Source: Octopus vulgaris
Taxonomy: Eukaryota
Length of the DNA: 64,000 nucleotides
Assembly (NCBI GenBank): GCA_951406725.2
Contig: OX597831.1
Coordinates: 4,774,001-4,838,000, forward strand
Reading direction: 5' to 3'
The position numbers and the translations under genes are program-made. The notes below the pieces were generated by a model. That model was not told the origin of the DNA and did not search any database. It saw only the letters and a program-made list of their open reading frames with translations. Positions 27,615-42,164 of the stretch are shown here, one piece after another. Positions within the stretch are counted from its first letter, which is position 1. The number at the start of each line of letters is the position of its first letter.

Positions 27615-27908
27615 TTTTTTGTTCTTTCTCAAGCCATGCCTGGCTCATAAGGGCCGGTTTCCCGGTTTTCTTGGCGAATAGGTTCCCCACCTGGACGGGA
27701 TGCCGGTCCATCGCAAGTGAGCTGCTAGAGAAAAGAGTAAGAGAAATTTGTGGTGAAAGAATCAGCAGAAGTTCGCCATTACCTTCTGGTGGAACCGCGT
27801 GGAGCCTAGGTGTATTGCTCATAAGCACACACATCGCCCGATCTGTGATTCGAACCCGCGATACCCCGACCGCGAGTCCACTGCTCTAACCACTAAGCCA
27901 TGTGCCAC
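27615..27908 (-). mobile_element. tRNA-derived SINE (family B-related core, different tail)
   Basis: minus strand head TGGCTTAGTGGTTAGAGC..GGGTTCGAATC; central CCTAGGCTCCACGCGGTTCC is similar to family B CTAAAGCTCCACGAGACTCC. Confidence 0.8.
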
Positions 27909-28307
27909 CACTCTCTCTCTAATAGTTACTACGAAAAGCACTGTCATACAGTCTTTGCTTGGTCAGATGCCTTTTTTCTGACATAACCAGAACGATCTCT
28001 AACCGAGGTCGCCTTAGAAGCTTTATCGGCTCCTGAGCAAATCAGTGCACTGGGTCATAAAGCATCTGCTTATTGACGGCAAATCACGCTCTATTCCAGG
28101 TTGGCCCCCCAGGCAACAATCCAATGTGTCCATGCTTTAAGAGAGGGCTGCCTCTCCCGTGCAGGAGAAAGCACTATTTAGCCTTGTCTTCAGGTGTTCA
28201 GGGAGTATCCAAGCATTGACCCCTACCCCAAGTAATTGTTCTGGCCCTATAATAGCGTTGAAGATCGTCAGGCTGCGATGACAGTGGGACCCTCTGTAAC
28301 ATCTCAT

Positions 28308-28507
28308 ACTTACTCTTTTACTCGTTTCAGTCATTTGACTGCGGCCATGCTGGAGCACCGCCTTTAGTTGAACAAATCGAACCCAGGACTTATTCTTTGT
28401 TAGCCTAGTACTTATTCTATCGGTCTCTTATGCCGAACCGCTAAGTTACGGGGATGTAAACACACCAGCATCGGTTGTCAGGCGATAGTGGGGGTAAACA
28501 TAGACAC

Positions 28508-28552
<45 letters not shown>

Positions 28553-28739
28553 TATGTATGTATGTACGTATGTATGTATACGACGGGCTTCTTTCAGTTT
28601 CCGTCTACCAAATCCGCTCACAAGGCTTTGGTCGGTCCGAGGCTACAGTAGAAGACACTTGCCCAAGGTGCCACGCAGTGGGACTGAACTCAGAACCATG
28701 TGGCTGGTAAGCAAGCTACTTACCACGCAGCCACTCCTG
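28308..28739 (-). mobile_element. SINE family A, full length
   Basis: colinear with the reverse complement of 43970-44409. Confidence 0.92.
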
Positions 28740-28789
28740 GCAACATGATTTATTGACATCATTTCTATCCTGCAAACGATTTTGCTCCT

Positions 28790-29016
28790 AAACCATTTAG
28801 CATTCCGGTTACTTCTGTGGAATACAATGCTTATTTATTCACAATGTTTTCAATTAATTGTGAATTATCTAGTAACTTCGAAATTTTAATGAGATGATGG
28901 TTTATTTTTAGAAAGACATTTTAGGGTAGCTGTGAGAGGCTGGATCTGGCCAGTTTGAACATAAAACAGGTAGAATATTTGAGCCAGATATGGCTGTTTT
29001 AAATGCTGACAGATTT
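28790..29016. mobile_element. piggyBac-like MITE, decayed
   Basis: ends AACCATTTAGCATT and AATGCTGACAGATT resemble TTAA-CCCTTTAGCATT-type TIRs. Confidence 0.45.
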
Positions 29017-29794
29017 TAGAGGCTTTATTTCATCATAGACACTGAGTCATCCTGACTGATGCAGATGTATTCATTCATTGAAGCATTGCTATAAAGATAT
29101 AACTACCAACATCTCCAGCAGGTTCAAAGCCGTGTGGAAGGGCAGGGATTCGATGTTTACTGGGGTGTAACAAGAGGAGCTGCATTTGGTTAAAGCAAAG
29201 CTGAGTTCTTGACATTTGTCAATTAAAGTGTGAAAGATGTAGGCCAGGCAGAGAAAAAAAAAGGAAAGTTGCAATTGTATCGTTTTGCAATCTCACGCAT
29301 AACTACCCAAGAAATTGGTATCTCCATCCAGCGATAGTATTTCATCTCCTGCAGAGAATCATTGCTGTTGACGCGGTTTCTTGACAGGCGTAGTATGGAG
29401 AAAGAATTTTTTAAAATTTTGTATCAGTCGTGAGAATAGCTGAACATTGAAAAATCCACAAACAATGAGGCTGCAGTTTCGAATCCTGAAAGCAGTTAAT
29501 TTTGTTGATTGTTAAAATCTAAACGACAAGAAATATATCTATTTTTACATCTGAATTCCATTTCCTTCTTCGTCACATCTCAATTAGTCTTACTAAATTA
29601 GCAAAATCTCGAAATAATTATTGCCGAAGTAGATACAAAATATTCACTTCGTGGTGGGGGCAGTGAAGAAACAAACAACTGAAAATGCTGCCCCAGCATG
29701 GCCGCAGTTAAATGATTATGACCAGTAATGAAAAACGGAATAATATACGTGTGTGTATCTGTGATTATAAGGTCGCATGTGTGACGGTGTGACT

Positions 29795-29863
29795 ACACAT
29801 ACGTACATACATACATACATACACACATACATAAATACATACATACATACATACATACATACA

Positions 29864-29894
<31 letters not shown>

Positions 29895-30097
29895 GCATAC
29901 ATACATACATACCTACATACATACACACATACATACATACATACATACATACATACATACATACATACATACATACATACATACATACATACATACATGC
30001 ATACATACATACACACATACATACACACATACATACATACATACATACATACATACATACATACATACATACATACATACATACATACATACATACA

Positions 30098-30131
<34 letters not shown>

Positions 30132-30140
30132 CATACATAC
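29795..30140. repeat. (ACAT)n microsatellite
   Basis: direct inspection. Confidence 0.95.
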
Positions 30141-30642
30141 GGGAACCATAAAATTACGCAAGATTTTCCTCAAGTTCCAAATGTGAATTTGTCTATATTA
30201 ACTACATCCAAAAGATGGAGCCATGTCTCTTTGTCGGAAACTGGCTCTCTCCTCATTAGAAGATTTATAATAATTTTCAAAAAATAGATGAGACAAACAT
30301 ACATAATGAATACATACATATATATATACATACATTTAATATATATGTGTATCTATATATAAAGTTACAAATAAATATATAAATACGTTTATATATAAAT
30401 ATATACCTCGATATATATACATATGTCACTTAAGCCAAACAATTTGTGAGTCTATATACAAATATATTGTATTTACTCTCATATTAGTTGCATTCCAGTT
30501 TCTTTGAATCGGGTATAAGGTAATGCGTCTTATACACGAGTAAATGTCATGAACATATATACATATATATAAATCTACATTTTTATATATGTATACATAT
30601 ATATATTTGGACATGTGTATGTATGTGTTTATCTGTGTGTAT

Positions 30643-30742
<100 letters not shown>

Positions 30743-31597
30743 GTGTGTGTGTGTGTGTGTGTATGTATATATATATGTGTATATATATACATATATATAT
30801 TCATAACAGGCTTCTACGCAATTTCCATCTAGCGAATTCGCTCTCATAGCATTGGTCCAGTAGAAATTCTTGCCCCTTTGCCATATATGTATGTGTAGCC
30901 ACATTTGTAAAATATACACATACATGTATGCGTGTATTTATACACATAAACATACACACACACAGAGAGAGGCACGCGCACGCACACACACACACACAGG
31001 CACACAGAGACATATACATATATATATAATACATATATATACATATATATATACATATATCGTATGTCTTAAAGTCTTGTGCATATATTTTAAGGTATAG
31101 GCGTACGTATATGTGAGTACGCATGTGATTATATATATACGACATTCATTCATATTTATACGTACACCCACACATATACAGACAAACAAACACAAAAATT
31201 AAATACTAATATTTATTAGGGATTAATTAATTATAAGTGAACAACCATATTAATCATAGCACTCTGCACCCCTTTCCCACCCCTGTCTAAACACCGATTT
31301 CATTTCCAGATCGAAAGAGGGCAGCAAAGAACTTACGCACACACATACACACACCACACGCACATACATACATACACGCACCTGTACATGTCCGTATGTA
31401 TATACGTTATATACATATTTATTAAGAAAGTATGCATACACACACACACACCCATATATAATATATACATGTATACATATATGTATATACTCACACATAC
31501 TATGATACTATGTATAGACGCAGACACATATATCAATTATATATACATCTATCTATGCATCTATCTGTCTATCTATCTATCTATCTATCTATCTATA

Positions 31598-31635
<38 letters not shown>

Positions 31636-31925
31636 CATGTGTGTGTATACACTCATATCCACATATATGCATAATCACATGTGTTGTATATATGGGTATA
31701 TATACACGCATATATATGTATATACATATAAATATTGGTACATAATCTCACATGTATGTATATATATATATATATATATGTATACATATATATATGTATA
31801 TATATATATTCATGCATATACACACACACATATATATATATACATATACATATGCATATGTATACACATACAGATACATGTATATAATGCATAGATATAC
31901 ATACACCACCTTACACACACACAAA

Positions 31926-31984
<59 letters not shown>

Positions 31985-32011
31985 GGAGAGAAGAGAACGA
32001 GAAAAGAAACA

Positions 32012-32055
<44 letters not shown>

Positions 32056-32474
32056 GTACCTATATATATGTATAAATGCACATCCATACATAAAATACAT
32101 ACATACACACAGAAGACTAACTGTGAACGATGGATATGCCGTCGCCCGTTCCAGCCAGCAGCTTAAAACCTCGTATAATTTCTATATGTGAATATAATTA
32201 GTGATGCTCTACAGCTTATGTGGGTTAAGGCACAAGTTAATGAGAGCTATACATCAACAGCTCCATCATTACAACCAACCCCTAAAATATACACAGCACC
32301 AATTTATTGAAGTTTGGATTTCAACATTTAAATTCTATCACTTTATACATACATACATACTTACATTCACACACGCGCACGCACACACACACTCAAACAC
32401 AAACAAACACACATAAAGTGTGTCGGACGCTTTTTTAACTGAAATGCATGCATGTATGCATATATGTATGTATG

Positions 32475-32505
<31 letters not shown>

Positions 32506-32522
32506 TTCTCTCTCTCTCTCTG

Positions 32523-32556
<34 letters not shown>

Positions 32557-32632
32557 ATATATACCTATTTATATATATAAATGTATGTATATACATACAT
32601 ATATATGTTTATATATATATATATATATATAT

Positions 32633-32665
<33 letters not shown>

Positions 32666-32784
32666 TATATGTGTGTGTGTATATATATATATATGTATAT
32701 ATGTATGTATGTATGTATGCATGTATGTATGTATGTATGTATGTATGTATGTATGTATGTATGTATAGATACATACATGTATGG

Positions 32785-32945
32785 ATATTCTTTATTTTTT
32801 CTCCTTGTTTCTTTCTGTGGTCCTTTCTGTGGAAGAGCGTAGGCTTGAAACGTTAAAGACTTTTTCACTTCCCGAGTGTTATACTAATACATCTGTTTGT
32901 TGTCTACACCACCTGTCTTCGTCTTTTGATTTTTTTGTGAATTAT

Positions 32946-32948
<3 letters not shown>
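32785..32948 (+). mobile_element. Penelope-like short element with hammerhead variant at 32823-32858
   Basis: cttt-CTGTGGA-A-GAGC-GTAG-GCTT-GAA-ACGT-T-aaag; 3' end abuts (TA)n. Confidence 0.75.
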
Positions 32949-33019
<71 letters not shown>

Positions 33020-33629
33020 GTATATATATACATGTATCTATATATATATACATATATATACATATATATATACATATATATACATATATATATACATATA
33101 TATACATATATATATATACATATATATATATACATATATATACATATATATACATATATATATATATATACATACACGTCGGCTATGTAGTTATGTTTAT
33201 GTGTGCCTATGTATGTATATGTGTACGTATATATGTATACGTGTATGCATACATATATCTATACATCTATCTATCTATCTATTTGTATGTATGTATGTAA
33301 ATATTAGAAAGACGAAACTTCCCAAACCATTCTTATTGCTTATTATGGAATAAAGTCTTTAAATAAAAGGTGTCTTCGCGCACTCTTGGTATTTCGTTGC
33401 AGGAATTTATGTCGCAACCGCATCACTTTTGATTGCTCTACTCCCACCGTGGGGCGCATGATTACTCTATACTATTCCATATTGGAATGTTATGCAACGG
33501 TGATCAGTTCCACACACATTCAGGGTATACATTATCCACTGATTAAAGTCATCACCTGTTAATTGTTATTTGAATAACTCTGTCCAAAGGTGATTACAAT
33601 AAACGGTTTCCATTGTGTATATAAATATG

Positions 33630-33680
<51 letters not shown>

Positions 33681-33774
33681 ATAATATATATATATATATA
33701 TATATTTATTCATATATGACTTGTCTTTATTTAAAAGTTTATATATATATATATAGGACAGTAAAAATTTATAT

Positions 33775-33946
33775 ATAAAAACTGTCACAAAGGGAAACAC
33801 GGAAACTCAGACAAGTAATTCAGGTTTTTCAGTTGAATTTTCATGCTTTCGGCTTTTAAATATTTGCTATTACTCTACCAGCCCCAAGGTATTTGAGTAC
33901 ATTAGATTTTTGGTAGACCTTGTTTCACATTTACGTGTTTAAATAC
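33775..33946 (+). mobile_element. decayed copy of the 35560-35709 Penelope-like family
   Basis: AAAACTGTC..GGAAACTCAG..AGTAA..CAGGTTTT..TTACTCTACCA..GGTATTTGAGTAC..CCTTGTTTCACATTTA. Confidence 0.6.
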
Positions 33947-33955
33947 AAGAAACAG

Positions 33956-34027
<72 letters not shown>

Positions 34028-34249
34028 TATATATACATATATATGTATATATATATATATATATATGCATAAATACATATATACATAATATATGAATATA
34101 TATATATATATATTATGTATGTATATATGCATAATATATATATATACATAAACGTAAACCGTCCTTCTTCCTTCCTTCCGAGCGTATAATGCTATATTTG
34201 TTCCACGTCCTCGCGTTGTTGTGTTTTCTTTGTGTTTTCATGTTTGGAT

Positions 34250-34298
<49 letters not shown>

Positions 34299-34687
34299 TT
34301 ATTTATATACGATGCATGTATATATATACATATATATGTATAAGAGAAAAGGGCTTTTATAATTATGAATATAAAGGAGAGGGTTGCAAAAACCCTTACA
34401 AGTTTAGAAATAGCAGCCAAAACAACTATAAAGCCACTATTATCACTCATCATATCTCCTCAGAATATAGCTGTCTGCGAGCAGCATGGCATAAAATCCA
34501 CAATTTTAAAATATAAGGTTATATATATATATGTACAAATGTATTTATGTATATATATATACATATATGCACACACATATATATATATATTTACATATGG
34601 ATATATATATATGTACATATATATGTATATATGGAAGTAGACACGTACTGTTGGTGATATATTTCCTTTTCTGGGTTTTTCCGTTTT

Positions 34688-34724
34688 TCTTTCTGACGAA
34701 GAGCTAAGCTCGAAACGTCAAAAA
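34688..34724 (+). ncRNA. minimal type I hammerhead ribozyme, canonical core
   Basis: ttt-CTGACGA-A-GAGC-TAA-GCTC-GAA-ACGT-C-aaa; GUC cleavage triplet, palindromic ACGT stem III. Confidence 0.75.
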
Positions 34725-34896
34725 CCCTCTTTATTTTTACTAAGCGCCAAAATAATAGATTCCATATGCACGTCCTCTTGTGTGTTATTGTTATTTATAA
34801 TGTTCAATAATTTGATTTGACTACATATATAGATACATATATACATATACATATATACATACACATACACACATCCACACACACACATATATATGA

Positions 34897-35166
34897 ATGC
34901 ACGTGGTTTAGTGGTTAGGGTATTCGGCTTGCAATCATAAGATCGCGAGTTCCATTCCTGGCGGTACCTTGTGTCCTTGATCAAGAAATTTTACTTCACA
35001 GTGTTCCAGTCTACTCAGCTAGCAAAAATGAGTAGTACCTGTATTTCAAGGGGCCAAAATCACCCTGAGAAGTATGAGAAGAAGTACGCGTGTCTATGTA
35101 GCGCTCAACCACTTAATCTCACGAGCAAGCTGTTCCGTTGATCGGATCAAATAGAACCCTCGTCGT
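34897..35166 (+). mobile_element. tRNA-derived SINE, family C (CORE-like)
   Basis: TGGTTTAGTGGTTAGGGTATTCGGC..GAGTTCCATTCC..GTGTCCTTGATCAAG..; matches 44453-44770. Confidence 0.8.
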
Positions 35167-35186
35167 GTCAAGGTGCATAACTCGGA

Positions 35187-35286
<100 letters not shown>

Positions 35287-35446
35287 TGTGTGTGTGTAAG
35301 AAAGGATGATATTATTAAATACCATCACGTGTGGCAAGCGAGTTATTAGCCGTACAAGCAAATGAATAAGATATATACATACAATATAAGATATATACTG
35401 TCACCAGCGATGTATATCAACATCGGACGGTTTGGTCGATTAGGTG

Positions 35447-35491
<45 letters not shown>

Positions 35492-35492
<1 letters not shown>

Positions 35493-35709
35493 TTTATTTA
35501 AAGCAGCAGAAAATTCAACAAAACCTGTTACTCTGAGTTTCCCGTTGCCGTTTTTGCTAGAAAAAACTGTCCGATGAACGGCAACGGGAGACTCAGAGTA
35601 ACAGGTTTTGTTGAATTTTCTGCTGCTTTAAATAAAGCATATTACTCTACCACTGGTATTTGAGTACTCTTTGTTCCCCCTTGTTTCACATTTATGTGTT
35701 TACTCCGGT
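35492..35709 (+). mobile_element. Penelope-like end with ~60-bp inverted duplication and hammerhead variant at 35567-35604
   Basis: arms at 35492-35552 and 35577-35637; CTGT-CCGATGA-ACG-GCAA-CGG-GAG-ACTC-A-GAGT-A-ACAG (GAA in the left arm). Confidence 0.75.
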
Positions 35710-35728
35710 ATATATATATATATATATC

Positions 35729-35975
35729 TGTAATATAATATGTGACAATTATTCGGTTGCCATAATAAGACTCCGAGTTTATCGAGGCAATCAAAATATG
35801 CTACCACTGTCTCGATAACTGACGAGATGCCGGAGCAGGTTTCCGCTCCGAAACTCGAAACTCGGAGTATTATTATGCCAACCGAATAATTGTCACATAT
35901 TATATTACAAATAAATTCATCTATTTACATAATATCGAGGTCTCTTTCATTTTTTTATTGTCATATTATTAATAT
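35729..35975 (+). mobile_element. Penelope-like end with ~50-bp inverted duplication and hammerhead at 35815-35873
   Basis: ATAA-CTGACGA-gatgcc-GGAGC-aggtttcc-GCTCC-GAAACTC-GAA-ACTC-G-GAGT-A-TTAT; arms at 35729-35780 and 35858-35909. Confidence 0.7.
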
Positions 35976-36001
35976 TAATACATATATATATATATATATG
36001 C

Positions 36002-36186
36002 TGACAACCGAAGTTGCTGTGTTTACGTCCCCGTAAATTAGCGGTTCGGTAAAAAGAGACCGATAAAATAACTACTAGGTTTACAAAGAGTCTGTCCTGG
36101 ATTCGATTTGGTCGACTAAATGTGGTGCTCCAGCATGGCTGCAGTCAAATGAATGAAACAAGTAAAGGAATAAAAGAATAAAAGAA
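36002..36186 (+). mobile_element. SINE family A 3' half
   Basis: TGACAACCGA..GTGTTTACGTCCCCGTAA..GTGCTCCAGCATGGCTGCAGTCAAATGA. Confidence 0.85.
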
Positions 36187-37171
36187 TATATATATATATA
36201 ATGTATCTATTATGTTTCTTTGTGTATCCCCAAGGTTGACAAGTTCATAGAAACCTGGTCAGGTCTCTCAGAATCATGAACTCAGAAAACTAAATCTTAT
36301 CACCTGAAATCCATAACTGTGGTTCGACCGTAATATTTATTCTGTTCGACTTAAGATGAGAGATGAGATGTGCGTGCCCGCATGCATGTGTGTGTATGTG
36401 CATGTTTATTTAAATATGTGTTCATATCTACATATGTATGTGTATATAGCTAGCAGACATTTTGTTTATTTTCTTATGATTTTGTTCGTAGATGTTTATA
36501 TTAATATGTGTTATACACTCATACATACCTGTGTACATGCATGTATGTCTGTATGTATTATAATACATTAATATACTGCAGGTTGTGAGTGGTGTGTGTG
36601 TGTGTGTGTGTGTGTGTGTACATCCAACACCTACACCAGAGAGGGAGAACAATAATGATACAGATAGAATTAGAAAGAGTGAGAGAGAAAAACAGAGAGA
36701 GAGAGAGATAGAATGGGGAGAGAGAGAGAGAGCTGTGCCAAAGAATATATTGAGGAACGCGAAAATGTCTCCTCAGCCTGTTGCTATTCACAATAAATTC
36801 TCCCAGACAGAATCGTTAAGATGACATAAACACAATAACAGAATGAACTAAAGATCTCTTCCGTTTCCAACCGACATCTAAATAGACGCCATCTATTATT
36901 CTACAGACACACCGTCATACAGCAAGCGCCCTCTTCAACAAACCTCGCAAAAGGAAAAAAGTAAGATCCGTTTAAAGAACAAAAAAAAAAGAAAAAAAAG
37001 CACAAACCAAGGGGGAAACATGGAATAAATAAATATGAAGAAATAAGATCCAAGTATGTATATATTTGTTTGTGTATATAAATTTGTATGTATATATATA
37101 AATTTGTGCATACGTATATATGTTTATATAGATTTGTGTTTCAGTGTGTGCATCTACATATAAATTTAGTT

Positions 37172-37174
37172 ATG

Positions 37175-37206
<32 letters not shown>

Positions 37207-37248
37207 TGTATGTATGTATGTATGTGTATGTATGTATGTATGTATGTG

Positions 37249-37282
<34 letters not shown>

Positions 37283-37377
37283 TGTATGTATGTATGTATG
37301 TATGTATGTATGTATGTATGTATGTATGTATGTATGTATGTATGTATGTATGTATGTATGTATGTATGTATGTATGT
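37172..37377. repeat. (TATG)n microsatellite
   Basis: direct inspection. Confidence 0.95.
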
Positions 37378-37759
37378 TTTGCGTTTCACACTGTATCTTC
37401 GGTTGCATAGGCCGGATATATCGGATTAAGCGATGACATATCTTCTACGATATTACATTTCAATAAATTCCAACAAGATTTGCATTTAAATCTAATTTTG
37501 TTTAGAATTTGATGTTAAGCAGTGACATTATACTGTTAAATATACAAAGATGGAGTTTAGACGTCTTTGCTTCGACATGATGACAAAAACGAAACAAAAG
37601 ACATCTCTACACGTTTGATAACTTTCTCACACCGAGAATTTCATCCAATCACAAAGCGCCGTTTCTTCGAATGAGAGCCTATATTTTTTATCAATTTATT
37701 AACTAAATTCGGTTGCTGTACCTATTCTTATCTATCATCACGAATATTGTGTAATGAAC

Positions 37760-38030
37760 GAAAGAGAACGATCGCGAATACAAAATGCCGGAAGGAGAAT
37801 CGTCCACGAGGTCGCTGAAGTAACGTTACTCGGCAAGGTGCATAACTCGGAGATCAGAGTGTCTCTCTTGGTCAAGCTGTTAATTCTCCGCATCGCGAGG
37901 CACGGCTCCATCGTACTCTAATTAGAAGCTATCATGACAGAGTCGCAGAACGGATACTTCGAGATGAGAATCAGCTGGCGGCTTAGAAGTAGACCAAGAA
38001 CGCGATGATTAGATAATATCCAGAGGTGGC
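37760..38030 (+). mobile_element. possible decayed RTE-clade LINE 3' end
   Basis: 37985-38029 translates RSRPRTR*LDNIQRW, like the RTE C-terminal RGRPxxRWxDxI motif. Confidence 0.45.
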
Positions 38031-38166
38031 TGTGTGACAAGGAGTTTGCTTCCCAAATACATGGTTCGTAGTTCAGTCTCATTGCGCGGTATCTCCTACA
38101 ATAGTATTGGGCCGACCAAGGCCTCTTGAGAGGAATTTGGTAGACGCAAACTGAAAGAAGCCCGTT
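38025..38166 (+). mobile_element. SINE family A 5' half, diverged
   Basis: GTGGCTGTGTG..CATGGTTCG..GGGCCGACCAAGGCC..TTTGGTAGACGCAAACTGAAAGAAGCCCGT. Confidence 0.8.
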
Positions 38167-38208
38167 ATGCTATCCCATAGTGAGTTATACACCCATAACC
38201 CCTATCTT

Positions 38209-38310
<102 letters not shown>

Positions 38311-38437
38311 ATGTATATATATATATTCATATATTCAAGTATATATATATATATATATATGCATATATTTATATAATGTGGGTGATTATACGAGAAATAT
38401 GGATATATATGTATATATCCATTCTTGTTGTTTTTCT

Positions 38438-38476
<39 letters not shown>

Positions 38477-38584
38477 GAGTGTATTTTAACCTTGTTAACA
38501 ATTAACACGGAAAAAATAGTATCAGTGGAATTTTCGAAACATGTGTCGAAAGTAAAAATATTTGATTACACCTGCGTTAACTCC

Positions 38585-38654
<70 letters not shown>

Positions 38655-38659
<5 letters not shown>

Positions 38660-39248
38660 ACATAAATGTGAAACAAGGTGGAAAAAAAGAGTACTCAAAT
38701 ACCAGAGGTAGAGTAATATGCTTTATTTAAAAGCAGCAGAAATATAACAAAAGCTGTTGCTCAGAGTTTCACGTTCCCGTTCGTTGGACAGTTTTGATAA
38801 AGTAGAACAGAAATAACGATATGATCAAAACTAGTTAAAGGATACACCTTTAAAAATGGGTTTGTTTCACTGGGCCTTTCAAATAATGGCCTTAAGCATG
38901 CGATAAACAAAATAAATGGATTCAATATAAATTCATCCTATTATAAAAAATCGAAGATAAGCCTTAAATTGAAGAGCAGATTCAAAATACATATTGTCAA
39001 TAATTATATATAGAAATATAATTCGATTAATACAATTAATACATTAAAAATCAAAATATTTTACAACAGTATATACGTATGTTAAACCATCAATATACAT
39101 CAAAATACACAGATGGATATACACAGACGTATCCTTTAACTAGTTTTGATCATATCGATATTTCTGTTCTATTTTAACAAAACGACGAACGGGAACATGA
39201 AACTCTGAGTAACAGCTTTTGTTATATTTGTGGTGCTTTTAAATAAAG
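38655..39248. mobile_element. Penelope-like element with inverted terminal duplication; hammerhead variants at 38754-38791 (-) and 39183-39215 (+)
   Basis: arms at ~38721-38845 and 39129-39248; minus strand CTGT-CCAACGA-ACG-GGAA-CGT-GAA-ACTC-T-GAGC-A-ACAG. Confidence 0.75.
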
Positions 39249-39295
39249 TCTTAACATTTTTATCAATATATATATACATCTGTGTGTGTGTGTGT

Positions 39296-39633
39296 ATTGA
39301 TGTGATCGTCCAAGATGCATCGGTGTATAAATTCTTTACGATAGTTTACGTAACCATTTAGATGTTTCGGCGCCTACTCGCTTCATCAACCCTCTGTCTC
39401 TTTATATATATATATATAATGAGAGACAGAGACAGAGGCAGAGAGAGAGACACATACAGAGGTAGAGAGAGAGAGGCATAGATAGATAGAAAGACAAACA
39501 GACAGACAGTTAGATAGATAGATAAATAATGTATATATATATATTTGTATGTATATATACATATATATATGTATATATACATATATATATGTACATATAC
39601 ATACATATACATACATATATATATATATATATG

Positions 39634-39713
<80 letters not shown>

Positions 39714-39845
39714 TTCATAGTATAAAGACATGTTGAGCGCAGAGCATTGATGTGATCGTCCAAGATGTGTCGGTGTGTAAATTCTTTACGATGGTTTACG
39801 TAACCATTTAGATGTTTCGGCGCCTGCTCGCTTCATCAACCCTCG
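39296..39845. repeat. ~97-bp direct duplication (39296-39393 and 39747-39845) separated by microsatellites
   Basis: ATTGATGTGATCGTCCAAGATG..GATGTTTCGGCGCCT.CTCGCTTCATCAACCCTC occurs twice with about 5 mismatches. Confidence 0.9.
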
Positions 39846-40110
39846 TAAGAGGAAACAGATTCTGCAATTAAGGGTGCATATGAAGCTACCGGCCGAGACG
39901 CACAAACAAATCCAAACGAGCGGGTTATAGGCGACCGTGAGAAAACAACTCTGGAATGCTCTGCTTGCAAAGAGATAAACTTAAAAAGCATTGTGTTTGT
40001 TCGTGCGCATGCGTGTGCATGCGTGTGTATGTGTTTGTGATTGGTGTATTTTTGACTGGCTACACTTGCACCACCAAGCTGTTTGCAAGCCTCTCTATGT
40101 GTATGTGTAT

Positions 40111-40453
<343 letters not shown>

Positions 40454-40758
40454 TTATATATACATATATATATATACACACACACATTTATACATACTCA
40501 TATTATGAGAAAATAAAATCTTTCTTGGTGATGTCAGATTTTGCCATTGACTACTCGAACATGCAACAAGCTGAACTGAGTTACATGCCATCATTAGGGC
40601 TCACCAATGACCTGGTACTCTGCATGGGTGTGTCCCCTATTGAAGTACCACGTGATTGAAGTGATTGTCTTAATTGGTCATCCATAGAAATCATAACTTT
40701 AAGTAGCTTCCTCTTCACTTTTCTTGTTTCATCTGTTTGTCTCTCTCTCTTTCACTTA

Positions 40759-40794
<36 letters not shown>

Positions 40795-41600
40795 GTGTGT
40801 GTATGTGTGTGAGTGTGTGTGTGCGTGTGTGTGTGGACAAATGTCTTTGTGTTTTGGTCGAGGACAAACTAAAGTCCAACAGACATAACCATCCTTAACA
40901 CCATCATCATTACCACCACTATCATCATCATCATCACCACTCCTACCACCATGATCATCATCATTATCACCGCCATCATCCGCTTCTCTGCCAAGTACCC
41001 CATCCCGGCCAACATTTATTTCCGGTCACATGGTACCATCTTCGCACTCTTCTCGCTTCTTCATCGGAACCAAAATTTTAAACAATGTTGAAAGAATTGT
41101 TTATTTGAGTCTGCAGATTCCGGAGCCGATTTTAGGAGTTGTCTGACCGTCTGCTATTGATGGTGGCGGCGGGAGGTGGTGCTGGTATTGGCGGTGGTGG
41201 TGGTGGTGGTGCTGGTGCTGGTGCTGTTGCTGGTAGTGCTTGTGGTAGTGCTGTTGTTGTCGTCTTTGAGAGAGAAACGAAAAAACGACAACCAGCTGAA
41301 GAATTAGATTGAAGACTTATCTATATTAGATTGATGATGTCGAATGAACGAAACACAGCGAGAGAGTGAGAGGGAGAGGGAGAGGGGAAGGGAGAGAGGG
41401 GGAGGGGGAGAGAGAGAAAGGGAGAAGCGGGAGGGAGAGAAAGAGAAGTAACATATAGACTGACAGATATACAGACAGTTTGTCAGAGAGACACTGACGG
41501 ACCGACCAACCAACATAATGAGAAAACAGAAATTTTAGCGAGAGACGGCAATGAGAGTTTGTAGGTAGGTTGGTACGGAGAAAGATACGTGTGTGTGCAT

Positions 41601-41659
<59 letters not shown>

Positions 41660-41767
41660 GATAGAGAGAGATACAGACAGACAGAGAGACAGACAGATAG
41701 ATAGATAGATAGCTAGATAGGTAGATAGATAGAGAGAGAGAGATAGACAGATAGGTAGATAGATAGG

Positions 41768-41801
<34 letters not shown>

Positions 41802-41824
41802 TAGATAGATACGTAGATAAATAG

Positions 41825-41865
<41 letters not shown>

Positions 41866-41927
41866 TGTATGTGTGTGTATGTATGTATGTATGTATGTAT
41901 GCATGTATGTATGCATGTATGCATGTG

Positions 41928-42013
41928 AAGGCGCGCGGCTTAGTGGTTAGGGCATTCTGCTTGCGGTCGTAACGGCGTGAGCTCAATTCCCGGCGGCGCG
42001 TTGTGCTCTTGAG
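41928..42013 (+). mobile_element. SINE family C head fragment
   Basis: AGGCGCGCGGCTTAGTGGTTAGGGCATTC..GAGCTCAATTCCCGGCGGCGCGTTGTGCTCTTGAG. Confidence 0.75.
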
Positions 42014-42164
42014 TATACATATCACATTATGTGTGGGTATTTGTGTATTTATTTAAATGTTACTCTTTGACAATGAAGCAATCAAGACAAGAGAAGGAGG
42101 CACTGAACTTTATTATATTAAATAAAATAAAACGTTGAAGTGACTTCTGTGACGTAGTATTTAA

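Noticed and set aside
41100-41290. Gly/Ala- or Pro/Thr-rich host exon
   Set aside because: It is a trinucleotide low-complexity tract with no supported splice sites or domain.
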